Origin: a virus
Direction: 5' to 3' (one strand)
IMG/VR virus record: IMGVR_UViG_3300009000_000003
DNA: 64,000 bases
Shown here: one piece after another, positions 38,479 through 46,801 of the stretch
How the letters are laid out: each line of letters starts with the position of its first letter
How positions within the stretch are numbered: the first letter of the stretch is position 1
Made by a program: the position numbers and the translations under genes
The notes under the pieces: model-generated
Told to the model about the DNA's origin: nothing
Databases searched by the model: none
What the model saw: only the letters and a program-made list of their open reading frames with translations

Positions 38479-38876
38479 GCTTTTACCCAATAAGTAGTTT
38501 TGCGGTTATTATCATTTTGAATAATATCTCTTACATAATTATTAGAAATTAAATAATTAGATAAGGCTACATTAGAAGGAGTATTTTTAGGCATAACTTT
38601 TTTGACATGATCAAAAAGCTTAGAAAAAATAACTGTTTTATTTTTTTGTAAATATCTTGCTACAATAGTAGCTTGTTTTGAATTTAAAGAACGAGTAGAT
38701 CTTGTTCTATTTACTGGCCAGACTTTGTAATCAGTAATTCTTTTCTTTTTTTGTTTAACAATAGGCTTTTGTTGTTGAGAAACAGTAAAAGGTGAATGTT
38801 GATTTTTTACAAAAGTTTTAAAAGAAGAATTTACCTCGTCAGAAGTTCCTTCAAAAACATATACTTTTAAATTCAT
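38475..38876 (-). CDS. Hypothetical basic protein (possible winged helix)
   Basis: 133 aa, Lys/Arg-rich. Confidence 0.4.
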   Translation of the reverse strand: MNLKVYVFEGTSDEVNSSFKTFVKNQHSPFTVSQQQKPIVKQKKKRITDYKVWPVNRTRSTRSLNSKQATIVARYLQKNKTVIFSKLFDHVKKVMPKNTPSNVALSNYLISNNYVRDIIQNDNNRKTTYWVKA

Positions 38877-38878
38877 AA

Positions 38879-39184
38879 TTAGTCTTTCTTCAAAGGAAAA
38901 AATAAGTAACTATCATTTTCCAAAATTAAAGCACCAGCAGTATTTTTTCTAAATTTATAATTAGATTCATAATCAGAATTTAGAAAATCATGTAACCAAA
39001 CTAAAGCTTCTTCTTTAGAAGGAAAAATATCAATAGTTAAAATATAATACCTTTTGGTATTAAGAAGTACAGGAGTATAATCGGGATAAGCTTCTAGCCA
39101 ATGAGAATCAGATTCTTTAGCAGCTAAATAAGCTTTTTTTCCTGATTCACCCCGGCTAATAATATAATCAGGAAGTGCGGGCAT
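38879..39184 (-). CDS. Hypothetical protein
   Basis: Coupled to the di-Ubl stop (TAATG). Confidence 0.5.
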   Translation of the reverse strand: MPALPDYIISRGESGKKAYLAAKESDSHWLEAYPDYTPVLLNTKRYYILTIDIFPSKEEALVWLHDFLNSDYESNYKFRKNTAGALILENDSYLFFPLKKD

Positions 39185-39615
39185 TAAATATTGCCCTTAA
39201 CACTACCTGTAGCAAAAACTTCTGAATTTGGTGCAACAAGAGTTGCTTCCCATTGAGTTGCAGGGATGCCTGCACCATTAACAATGATATCTCTACCATG
39301 CAAATTCTCTTGGCAAACAAGTTCAGCAAGAGTCATAGTTTGAGAAACATTTACAACTCTGGCGCCAGGACCAGGGATAACAACTAAAGTAATCGTATCT
39401 TGATTACCTTTAACGCTGCCTGTAGCAAATATTTCTGCATTTTGAGAGATAAGGGTAGTCTCCCACTGTGATGCAGGAATTCCTGTACCATTAATAATAA
39501 TATCGCGGCCATGCAAATTCTCTTGACAAGCGAGCTGAGCAACAGTCATGTCGGGAGTAATAGTTACGGTGCGAGCACCAGGGCCAGGAATAACAACAAG
39601 TGTAACTGTAGACAT
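39184..39615 (-). CDS. Tandem di-ubiquitin-like (beta-grasp) precursor
   Basis: Two ~70 aa repeats each ending ATGSVKG|N; ThiS/MoaD/Ub-like pattern TVAQL..IIING; near an E1. Confidence 0.8.
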   Translation of the reverse strand: MSTVTLVVIPGPGARTVTITPDMTVAQLACQENLHGRDIIINGTGIPASQWETTLISQNAEIFATGSVKGNQDTITLVVIPGPGARVVNVSQTMTLAELVCQENLHGRDIIVNGAGIPATQWEATLVAPNSEVFATGSVKGNI

Positions 39616-39683
39616 AAATTAAATAAAATCCTAAAATAAGTTAAAATATTTTTTATTTAATTTTATTTTACTTTAATATATTT

Positions 39684-39971
39684 TTATTTTCCGCGAGGAG
39701 GATTATTACCACGGCTACCACCGCTTGGGCGGCCAGTAGTAGATGGACCATTCTTCATATTGCCTTTTACAGAACCAGTAGCAAAAATTTCTGAACCTGA
39801 AGCAATTAATGTTGTTGGAAAAGTATTTGGAGCAACACCTGATCCATCAACAATAATATCTCTTCCATGAAGATTTTCTTGAATAACAAGTTGTTCTACA
39901 GTCATGTCGGGAGTAATAGTTACAGTACGGGCTCCAGGCCCAGGAATAACGACTAAAGTAATTGTAGACAT
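39684..39971 (-). CDS. Ubiquitin-like protein with 25 aa C-terminal extension
   Basis: 70 aa unit ending ATGSVKG, followed by NMKNGPSTTGRPSGGSRGNNPPRGK. Confidence 0.8.
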   Translation of the reverse strand: MSTITLVVIPGPGARTVTITPDMTVEQLVIQENLHGRDIIVDGSGVAPNTFPTTLIASGSEIFATGSVKGNMKNGPSTTGRPSGGSRGNNPPRGK

Positions 39972-39984
39972 AAATTATAAATCC

Positions 39985-40179
39985 TTATTTATCAGTTTTT
40001 CTTTGGTTTCTAACAGCTTGAATGTCGCTGCGTAAAGTTTTACAGCTTGCTGCTGTTTTAGATAAAGCGACTCTAATACGGCGTCCAGCCGCGTCTTGAC
40101 CTCTTTCAAATTTATCTGCATCTTCTAAAGCAGAATTAAGAAGTTCAATCATATAGGTTAATGTTTCTTTAGCGTCCAT
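39985..40179 (-). CDS. Small histone H1-like (Hc1-type) nucleoid protein
   Basis: DADKFERGQDAAGRRIRVAL...K.LR motif; AAGGA RBS. Confidence 0.65.
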   Translation of the reverse strand: MDAKETLTYMIELLNSALEDADKFERGQDAAGRRIRVALSKTAASCKTLRSDIQAVRNQRKTDK

Positions 40180-40190
40180 AAAAATTTCCT

Positions 40191-40901
40191 TTATTTAAAG
40201 ACAGTTAGTTGAGAGTTGTTGAGGCTGAATATATGCTGACCATAATATTCAGATTTTTGTTGAGGGTTTCTATCTTCTGCAGCGTGCATACATAAAGCGT
40301 GTACGACATTAGAAGATACAATGTTAGTTAAAGTAGTAATAATTCTTTCGTTACAAGCAGATTCTGTAACTTCGTCATCAGACTTGAGAAGATCAACGAA
40401 ATTAGTCATCTTTTCTTTATTATCTGTTTTAATAATATTAAGAATAGCATGAGAGAAACCCATTTTAGTTTCAAACATAGTATGAACGAAAGGATGATAA
40501 ATTAAAGAAGAAGCTATTTCTTTTCTAGCAGATAATGAGTCAACAGCTACAAAAACGTAGTCTTCCAATTCTGATGAATGAGAAAGATCATTACCATCAA
40601 AAAAATGATTAAATGTTTGTACATTTACTTGAGGATTAAAAGTTTCTAATACTTCTTTAAGTGCAGTAACTTTAGGTTGACCAACATGAGAGAGATTGTA
40701 AACTTGGTTTGGTAAGTTATGAGACTCGACAATATCTGCATCCCAAATTTTAAAATTATGCCAACCCATTTTTGCAGCCAACAAAGCAACCCAGGAACCA
40801 GTTGCACCTGCACCAATAATATTTAAAAATTTACCAGAAGCATCTTCAGGACCAAAAAAAGCTCCATGGCGTAAAAAACTCACTTGATTAATAACTGACA
40901 T
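40191..40901 (-). CDS. ThiF/MoeB/E1-like adenylating enzyme
   Basis: IIGAGATGS, DADIVESHNLPNQ, PKV, VDSLSARK; lone C-terminal SAC. Confidence 0.9.
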   Translation of the reverse strand: MSVINQVSFLRHGAFFGPEDASGKFLNIIGAGATGSWVALLAAKMGWHNFKIWDADIVESHNLPNQVYNLSHVGQPKVTALKEVLETFNPQVNVQTFNHFFDGNDLSHSSELEDYVFVAVDSLSARKEIASSLIYHPFVHTMFETKMGFSHAILNIIKTDNKEKMTNFVDLLKSDDEVTESACNERIITTLTNIVSSNVVHALCMHAAEDRNPQQKSEYYGQHIFSLNNSQLTVFK

Positions 40902-40907
40902 ATTATT

Positions 40908-41963
40908 TTACGTTCCTAAGTAACTTAAAAAATCTTTTAAAGTTCTCTTATCTGTTAAATTTAAAACAAACATTAAATATTTAGAAAAATCATTTACAGT
41001 ATGATTGGTTTTTAAAAAATAGTTTTTAAATTCTTTTTTTAAATTAAAAGACTTATTAGAATTCAAATAATACTCTACTGAATCTGGGTCAAACATTTTA
41101 GATAATAAATGTTTATTATCATTTAAACTAAAGAAAAGCCATAACATTTCTTGTTCATCTAAATGGCCAGATAAAGTTTCATAATATTCTTCAGCTTTTG
41201 TACTATTTGTTTTAATAGTAGAAAGTTTACGTTTTCTTGGAAATAAATCTTTTATAATGTGTTCGGATACATCTAAATTTATATAAGTATCAGAAGTAGT
41301 ATGGGAATATTTATCTTCAGTATACCAAGAAGGATAATTAAAACCTGATTTATTTAATAAAGAAGATTTAGAGTTTTTGAAAGAATATGTTTTCTTTTTA
41401 AATTTAGTTTTTGCTGCTTCTTGAATGTAAGAAAGATCAAAATCACTTGTTTGAATAAAAGAAACACCTTCATAAATATTTTTTGTAGTTGGATCGTAAA
41501 CTCTAGAATAAAATTCATTTTGCTTATTAAAAATAAGCATAACTTGCCAAGTATCTTGTCCTTGATCAAGAGCTGATTGAATAAAAGAATTAAACTGATT
41601 TACATCCTGAAGGCTGGGAGAAACGCCCATGTTGTGGTGAGAATGACTCCAGCAAGTCATACTTTGAATAATACTATTAGTCTCTTCTAAAGAATGATCC
41701 TGCATAAGCTCTTTGTAAAAAGAAACCATCATTTGAGAATCAGTGTCAACTTCAGCAGCAGAACAATATTGCTCAGGAATGTATAACTGGTCTCCTAGGT
41801 TCAAATAAATATAATTATCATTAGTTGTGACATTGACAGTATTAAACCATTGAGCCTCTTGAGGGGCTAAATTAACAATAGTTTTTACAGATTCTAAATA
41901 TTTTTGATTTATTACTAATTTAATTTCTTTATTAATTAAAGAAAAAGTAGATACATTCTTCAT
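40908..41963 (-). CDS. JAB/MPN+ metalloisopeptidase (deubiquitinase-like)
   Basis: PQEAQW...WSHSHHNMGVSPSLQD fits E...HxH-x7-S-x2-D exactly. Confidence 0.85.
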   Translation of the reverse strand: MKNVSTFSLINKEIKLVINQKYLESVKTIVNLAPQEAQWFNTVNVTTNDNYIYLNLGDQLYIPEQYCSAAEVDTDSQMMVSFYKELMQDHSLEETNSIIQSMTCWSHSHHNMGVSPSLQDVNQFNSFIQSALDQGQDTWQVMLIFNKQNEFYSRVYDPTTKNIYEGVSFIQTSDFDLSYIQEAAKTKFKKKTYSFKNSKSSLLNKSGFNYPSWYTEDKYSHTTSDTYINLDVSEHIIKDLFPRKRKLSTIKTNSTKAEEYYETLSGHLDEQEMLWLFFSLNDNKHLLSKMFDPDSVEYYLNSNKSFNLKKEFKNYFLKTNHTVNDFSKYLMFVLNLTDKRTLKDFLSYLGT

Positions 41964-41973
41964 ATTGAATTAA

Positions 41974-44196
41974 TTACGTTTCATTCAAAGTGTTATAAGT
42001 AGCAAAGGGGACATAATTATTATTGTTTATTTGATCTTCTTGTAAATTATTTTGTTCTGGTTGGTCTGGAATATCTTGACTTTCTTCTGAATCTTCTTCA
42101 GTGAAAGAACTTAAAAAGTTATTGACGTCAGTATCAGTAACAATTTCTTTTTCAGATTCTAATTTCAAAGATAAAGGTTTTAACTCATTTGAAAAATAAA
42201 TATAATTAGAACCCCAAGGATCTGCAGAGTTGGCTGATCTAACCCAAGTCAAAGCAGACAAAAGAATTAACTTTAAATCATTTTGTTGAAATGCATTATA
42301 AATTAAAGGAGAAGCTTCTCCAAGACAAGCATTCGACCATTCAAATAAAGTGTCAATATTAGATGTACCACCAGTATGTGGATGGATATAGTAATACGCA
42401 TTACTTGAATTATAACCAAACAAAGAAGAATTATAAGCCAATTTAACTTTTAATCTATTTTGTGTAACCTGAATAAGATAAGGTCCGCCAAAAATTGATT
42501 GATTTTTATCTACGACTTTAATTTCTGCAGGGCAGTTTAACAAAAAAGTTACTTGTTTAATTTTATAATAATTTTTAGAAACATTTGTATAAAAATCAAT
42601 TTTATCTTGATCGGATAAATTATCAAAATTTTTAGTAGTTAAATCAAAATTATAATTTTGAGAATAATATTCTATTGAATGAATAAAAATATTTTCTTTA
42701 GTCAAATTATTTAAAAAATCATTAGTTTCAAAATTTTGATTTTCATAAGAAAGAGCTAAAGCTGAATTATAATTTGATTTAACTTGATTATATAAAGGAT
42801 AATTAGAAGATATATAATTGAAAGAATCAGATATAGTTTGAAAATTTTCTACAAGAGATTTTTTTTCAATATCAATTCGATCAATTGCTTTTTTTATTTC
42901 TTTAGCAAGACTTAAAAGAGAAGCCTTGTTTCTTCGTAAAGAAGATAAATTTGTTGCTAAATCAATTGATTTAATATTTGATTGATTGTTTTCAATTAAA
43001 GTTTTAAATTTATTAAACTTTTGCTCAAGTTTAAAATCTATTTTAGGTTTATTTAAAATAGAACTATTAATTTTTTTAGAAAAAGGCTCATATTCAGGAT
43101 TAGTAATTAAAAGCAAAGTATCAATTAAATGAGAAGGAATTTCTTCCAAATGGGTAGAAGAAAAAGCAGCAAGACTTTTGAGTTTTTCAGCTACAAGCTT
43201 ATTATACTCTTCTATATTAGTAAGTTTTAAACCATCATAATCAAATAATATATTAATTAAATCTTTAAAACGAGCTTTTGGATTTTTTCTATTTTCTACT
43301 TCATTTATAAGAGCATTAGAAATAAAAGAAAAAATATAACAATCTTTTTCATTTAAAGAAGAATCTAAATATTTCATCTTGAATAATACAGGAATTAAAC
43401 AAGTTTTTCTTTTAAGGGCTTGATTCTTAGTATAACTAGTAAATTCAATTTCTTTATCTTTTGACCTAGCAGACCAAGAAGGAACTTTCAAAACCTGAAG
43501 TCGGGAAGAATTTATTGAATCTAAATAAGATGTTAAATCAAAATCAAAAGCAAAATTTAATAAATTTAAAATATCAAATTTTTTATTTTTACTATTAATA
43601 GTTCTAGTAAAACTATTGTTTAATTTATATGTTCTAAAAGATGTATTTGAAATAATTTCTTCAGTAAAATAATCAGGATTAGCAATGTTTGCAGCATCAT
43701 AAATATTTTTAGAAAAAACAGAAAAAACAGGTTTGTCATTATAAGATGAAATTTGTTTTAAAGAATAATCAAAAATATTTATATCAAAAGTTTGTTCTTG
43801 ATTATTTTGTTTAAATAAAAAACATTTAATTAAATCTTGTTGAGAATATGTTTCTGAATTTAAAAGAAATAAATTATTTAATTCATCAGAAATTTCAGAA
43901 AAAGCAGTCGAGTCAGACCAACTATTTTCAAAATAATTGATTCCAGAAAGAAAAGAAGAATATCTGTTAACAAGAGTAAAAAAAGGAATTTTTTTTTCTA
44001 GAAACGAAGAGTAAGTAGATTTTAAACTATAAGGAAAATTATATAAAAACCAATCTTTAGTCTTACGATTATAATAAATATCTTTATTTAAAATTTCAAT
44101 AGAATTTAAATCTGAATTTAATTTAAAAAGATTGTTAATTTGAGAAAGCGTTTCAGGAGTGTAATCAGAAGTACAATAGTAATATTTTCTATTCAT
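41974..44196 (-). CDS. Large protein with coiled coil and C-terminal prokaryotic E2-like domain
   Basis: YIHPHT...NACLG...L...NSADPWG (HP..CLG of the UBC fold); adjacent to JAB and E1. Confidence 0.6.
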   Translation of the reverse strand: MNRKYYYCTSDYTPETLSQINNLFKLNSDLNSIEILNKDIYYNRKTKDWFLYNFPYSLKSTYSSFLEKKIPFFTLVNRYSSFLSGINYFENSWSDSTAFSEISDELNNLFLLNSETYSQQDLIKCFLFKQNNQEQTFDINIFDYSLKQISSYNDKPVFSVFSKNIYDAANIANPDYFTEEIISNTSFRTYKLNNSFTRTINSKNKKFDILNLLNFAFDFDLTSYLDSINSSRLQVLKVPSWSARSKDKEIEFTSYTKNQALKRKTCLIPVLFKMKYLDSSLNEKDCYIFSFISNALINEVENRKNPKARFKDLINILFDYDGLKLTNIEEYNKLVAEKLKSLAAFSSTHLEEIPSHLIDTLLLITNPEYEPFSKKINSSILNKPKIDFKLEQKFNKFKTLIENNQSNIKSIDLATNLSSLRRNKASLLSLAKEIKKAIDRIDIEKKSLVENFQTISDSFNYISSNYPLYNQVKSNYNSALALSYENQNFETNDFLNNLTKENIFIHSIEYYSQNYNFDLTTKNFDNLSDQDKIDFYTNVSKNYYKIKQVTFLLNCPAEIKVVDKNQSIFGGPYLIQVTQNRLKVKLAYNSSLFGYNSSNAYYYIHPHTGGTSNIDTLFEWSNACLGEASPLIYNAFQQNDLKLILLSALTWVRSANSADPWGSNYIYFSNELKPLSLKLESEKEIVTDTDVNNFLSSFTEEDSEESQDIPDQPEQNNLQEDQINNNNYVPFATYNTLNET

Positions 44197-44410
44197 TTAA
44201 ATGTTTAATAACCTTATTTAAAGTACGGATAGAATTAATAAAAAAATCATCATCAAAAGTTATTTGAAAATCATCTTCTACAATTAATGAATAATAATTA
44301 CACTCTTCGCAAATTCCAAATGGAGAATTAAAATCAATTGTTTTATATTCTTCATCAGTAAGTTGTCTCGAAAAAGCACATTCATCAAAAGAAAGACAAA
44401 TTATTTTCAT
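44189..44410 (-). CDS. Small Cys-containing (possible Zn-binding) protein
   Basis: C-x5-C ... CEEC. Confidence 0.45.
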   Translation of the reverse strand: MKIICLSFDECAFSRQLTDEEYKTIDFNSPFGICEECNYYSLIVEDDFQITFDDDFFINSIRTLNKVIKHLNE

Positions 44411-45143
44411 CTAAATAACTTTCATGTTTTTGATTAGTAAGTTGATCAATTATAGCTAACCACGAATTTAAGGAATCTTCCATCGTAACATCATTGTCGT
44501 AATAATCTTTACACAACTTTAAATTTTTAATTTCTTCATCATGAAGTAAATTTTCATTAATATACTTTTTAACATAATCTAATATTTCAATAGATTTTAA
44601 AGATAAAGAAAATTCATACCTAGTTAAATACTTTTGAACTCTAGAAAGTATTTGAGTAATTTTAGAAGCAATTTCTTGTTTGTTTTTTAAACCTTCAAGT
44701 TGAAAAGAACGAATATCTAATTCATCTTTAGACCAAGATTTAAAAGTATCTAATGAAGTATAGATATTATTATTGTGTATAGCTACTGAAGCATTAACGA
44801 AATCATGCTTATAAATTAATTCTTCAGGACTAATAAAATATTTTTTAATTAATTGACAATTTAAATTTAAAAAAGTATCAGCATTATCAGTAGATATAGG
44901 AGTTTCTATTTTAGATAATAGTGTAAAAGCTTTTTTATAATTCTCTTCAGATGCAAAATAAAAATCAATATCATGATATTCGCTAGAAGGAGAATAAACT
45001 AAATTAATCGCAAAAGAACCAGAAAGTATTGGTTCGCAATCAATTAAACCTGGAGCAATGGAATTTAACTTTTGTATGTATTTCGATATGACCTTATGAT
45101 GATAAGGTATAATCATATTATTAAGTGTCGAAATTTGTAACAA
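44385..45143 (-). CDS. Nucleotidyltransferase (CCA/poly(A) polymerase head-like)
   Basis: LSGSF...DIDFYF; HDFVNASVAI resembles RDFTINA. Confidence 0.65.
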   Translation of the reverse strand: MLQISTLNNMIIPYHHKVISKYIQKLNSIAPGLIDCEPILSGSFAINLVYSPSSEYHDIDFYFASEENYKKAFTLLSKIETPISTDNADTFLNLNCQLIKKYFISPEELIYKHDFVNASVAIHNNNIYTSLDTFKSWSKDELDIRSFQLEGLKNKQEIASKITQILSRVQKYLTRYEFSLSLKSIEILDYVKKYINENLLHDEEIKNLKLCKDYYDNDVTMEDSLNSWLAIIDQLTNQKHESYLDENNLSFF

Positions 45144-46743
45144 AGCCTATCCTTTTCTTAGAAATAGAAATATTTTTATTAAATTTTAAATGAGTTTTTA
45201 ATTTTATTTCATTTTTATAAGAAGAAGTTAAAATTTCTTTAGCTTTATTTCTTAAAAGTTTTTCTAGATGTTTTTTCATATCTCTTAAATTATAAGTTTT
45301 AGCAAAAAAATCTATAAGTTCTTGCTCTAAAATTAAATCATAAGAGTTCATATTGTATTTAGACAAAGCAGATTTAAATAAAAATTTAGTTAAAATAACT
45401 GTTTTTTCTTCAGTAGTATAATCTACAAAATTAATTTGAAGCATACGATCTAAAAGAGGCGCAGGTATATTAGATTTAAAATTAGATGTACAAATAAATA
45501 TGCATTTAGATAAATCTATAGGTATTTCTAAAAAACGATCAATAAATTTATCATTTTGTTCAGTATCTAAAAGTTCTAAAAGTGCTGCAAAAGGATCACC
45601 TTTATCTTTTGAAATTTTATCTATTTCATCTAAAAGTATAACAGGGTTTAAACTTTTAAGAGTAGACAAGCCTTGCACTATTCTACCTGGTTTAGAACCT
45701 ACATAAGTACGTCTATGGCCACGTATTTCTGATTCATCTGAAATCCCACCTAAAGATATATGTAAAAAATCTCTATCTGTAGATTCGGCTATTTGTTTTG
45801 CAATAGATGTTTTACCAGTGCCCGGCGGACCATCAAAAAGAAAAACTGCCCCATCTAAAGATTTTGTGAGCTCGTAAAGATAAAAGTATTCTAAAATAGA
45901 TTCTTTGACATCATCTAAACCATAATGTTTTTGGTTTAAATCTTTTTCTATTTGAAGTGTTTCTTTGTTAGATTGACGTAAAGTAGACCAAGGCAAATTA
46001 TCTAACAAATCAATATAATCTAATGTAGTTGAATATTCCGCAGAAGCGGTATTTATTTTTTCAAGACGAGTTCTTTCTTTAACATATTTTTCTTGAACAT
46101 ATTCTGGCCAAGATAAAAATCCAGATTCTTCAGAATCAATTACATCATTTTCGATAGATGAATGATCGTAAAGTAATAAAGTATCAAGTATGGCTTGGTA
46201 AATTAAAGTTCTTTTTTTAACTTGGCTTTCGGCTAAAAAGAATTCTAAATCATATGATAAAGCAGGAGTAAGATAAGCAAATATTTGATCATAAAGTGAC
46301 GTATCTTCTATTTCCATCAAAGGAACATTAGCGCGAAGATAATTAAAAGCGTCATGAACATTTAAAAAAGTTAATATTAAATTAAGTTCTTTAGTTTTTT
46401 TGATTTTTTTAAAATCAATAACATCAAATGTAACTAAATCATTAGAACATTCTTTTACATTAGTTACTTTATTTAAAGAATGAAAAACAATATTTATTTC
46501 TTTTTTGCTTTCTACCAATTCTATCAAACTGCAAAGTACAGAAAAATTTAAATATTTTTCCTTTGAAGTTATCCTTAAAATAAAAACATCTTTATAAGTA
46601 TTGGATTTATATTGATACTCGTCTGCTGTCAAAAAAATAAATTGCTTAGGCAATTTTCTTTTATCAAGATTAATTACATAATCATTTGCAGGATGAGGAA
46701 TAATATATTCTTCAGATATTTCAAAATAAGGTAAGCTGGACAT
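45121..46743 (-). CDS. Lon-type AAA+ ATPase lacking the protease domain
   Basis: LPW, HYGL..VKE, GPPGTGKTS, GHRRTYVG..PG, LLDEIDK, LLDRM; ends KKRIGF with no Ser-Lys protease domain. Confidence 0.9.
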   Translation of the reverse strand: MSSLPYFEISEEYIIPHPANDYVINLDKRKLPKQFIFLTADEYQYKSNTYKDVFILRITSKEKYLNFSVLCSLIELVESKKEINIVFHSLNKVTNVKECSNDLVTFDVIDFKKIKKTKELNLILTFLNVHDAFNYLRANVPLMEIEDTSLYDQIFAYLTPALSYDLEFFLAESQVKKRTLIYQAILDTLLLYDHSSIENDVIDSEESGFLSWPEYVQEKYVKERTRLEKINTASAEYSTTLDYIDLLDNLPWSTLRQSNKETLQIEKDLNQKHYGLDDVKESILEYFYLYELTKSLDGAVFLFDGPPGTGKTSIAKQIAESTDRDFLHISLGGISDESEIRGHRRTYVGSKPGRIVQGLSTLKSLNPVILLDEIDKISKDKGDPFAALLELLDTEQNDKFIDRFLEIPIDLSKCIFICTSNFKSNIPAPLLDRMLQINFVDYTTEEKTVILTKFLFKSALSKYNMNSYDLILEQELIDFFAKTYNLRDMKKHLEKLLRNKAKEILTSSYKNEIKLKTHLKFNKNISISKKRIGFVTNFDT

Positions 46744-46801
46744 AATAATCCCTTAACACGATTATAAAAAAACTATAATCAATGCTAAGGGAAAATCAAA
46801 A

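Noticed and set aside
39184-40901. ThiS/ThiF or MoaD/MoeB sulfur-relay cofactor biosynthesis
   Set aside because: No ThiG, MoaE, desulfurase or rhodanese nearby, and an E2-like gene is adjacent. Disfavoured rather than formally excluded.
40191-45143. Type II CBASS operon
   Set aside because: E1 and E2 are separate, free Ubls are present, the NTase looks CCA/poly(A)-like and does not end in Gly, and no CBASS effector is recognisable.
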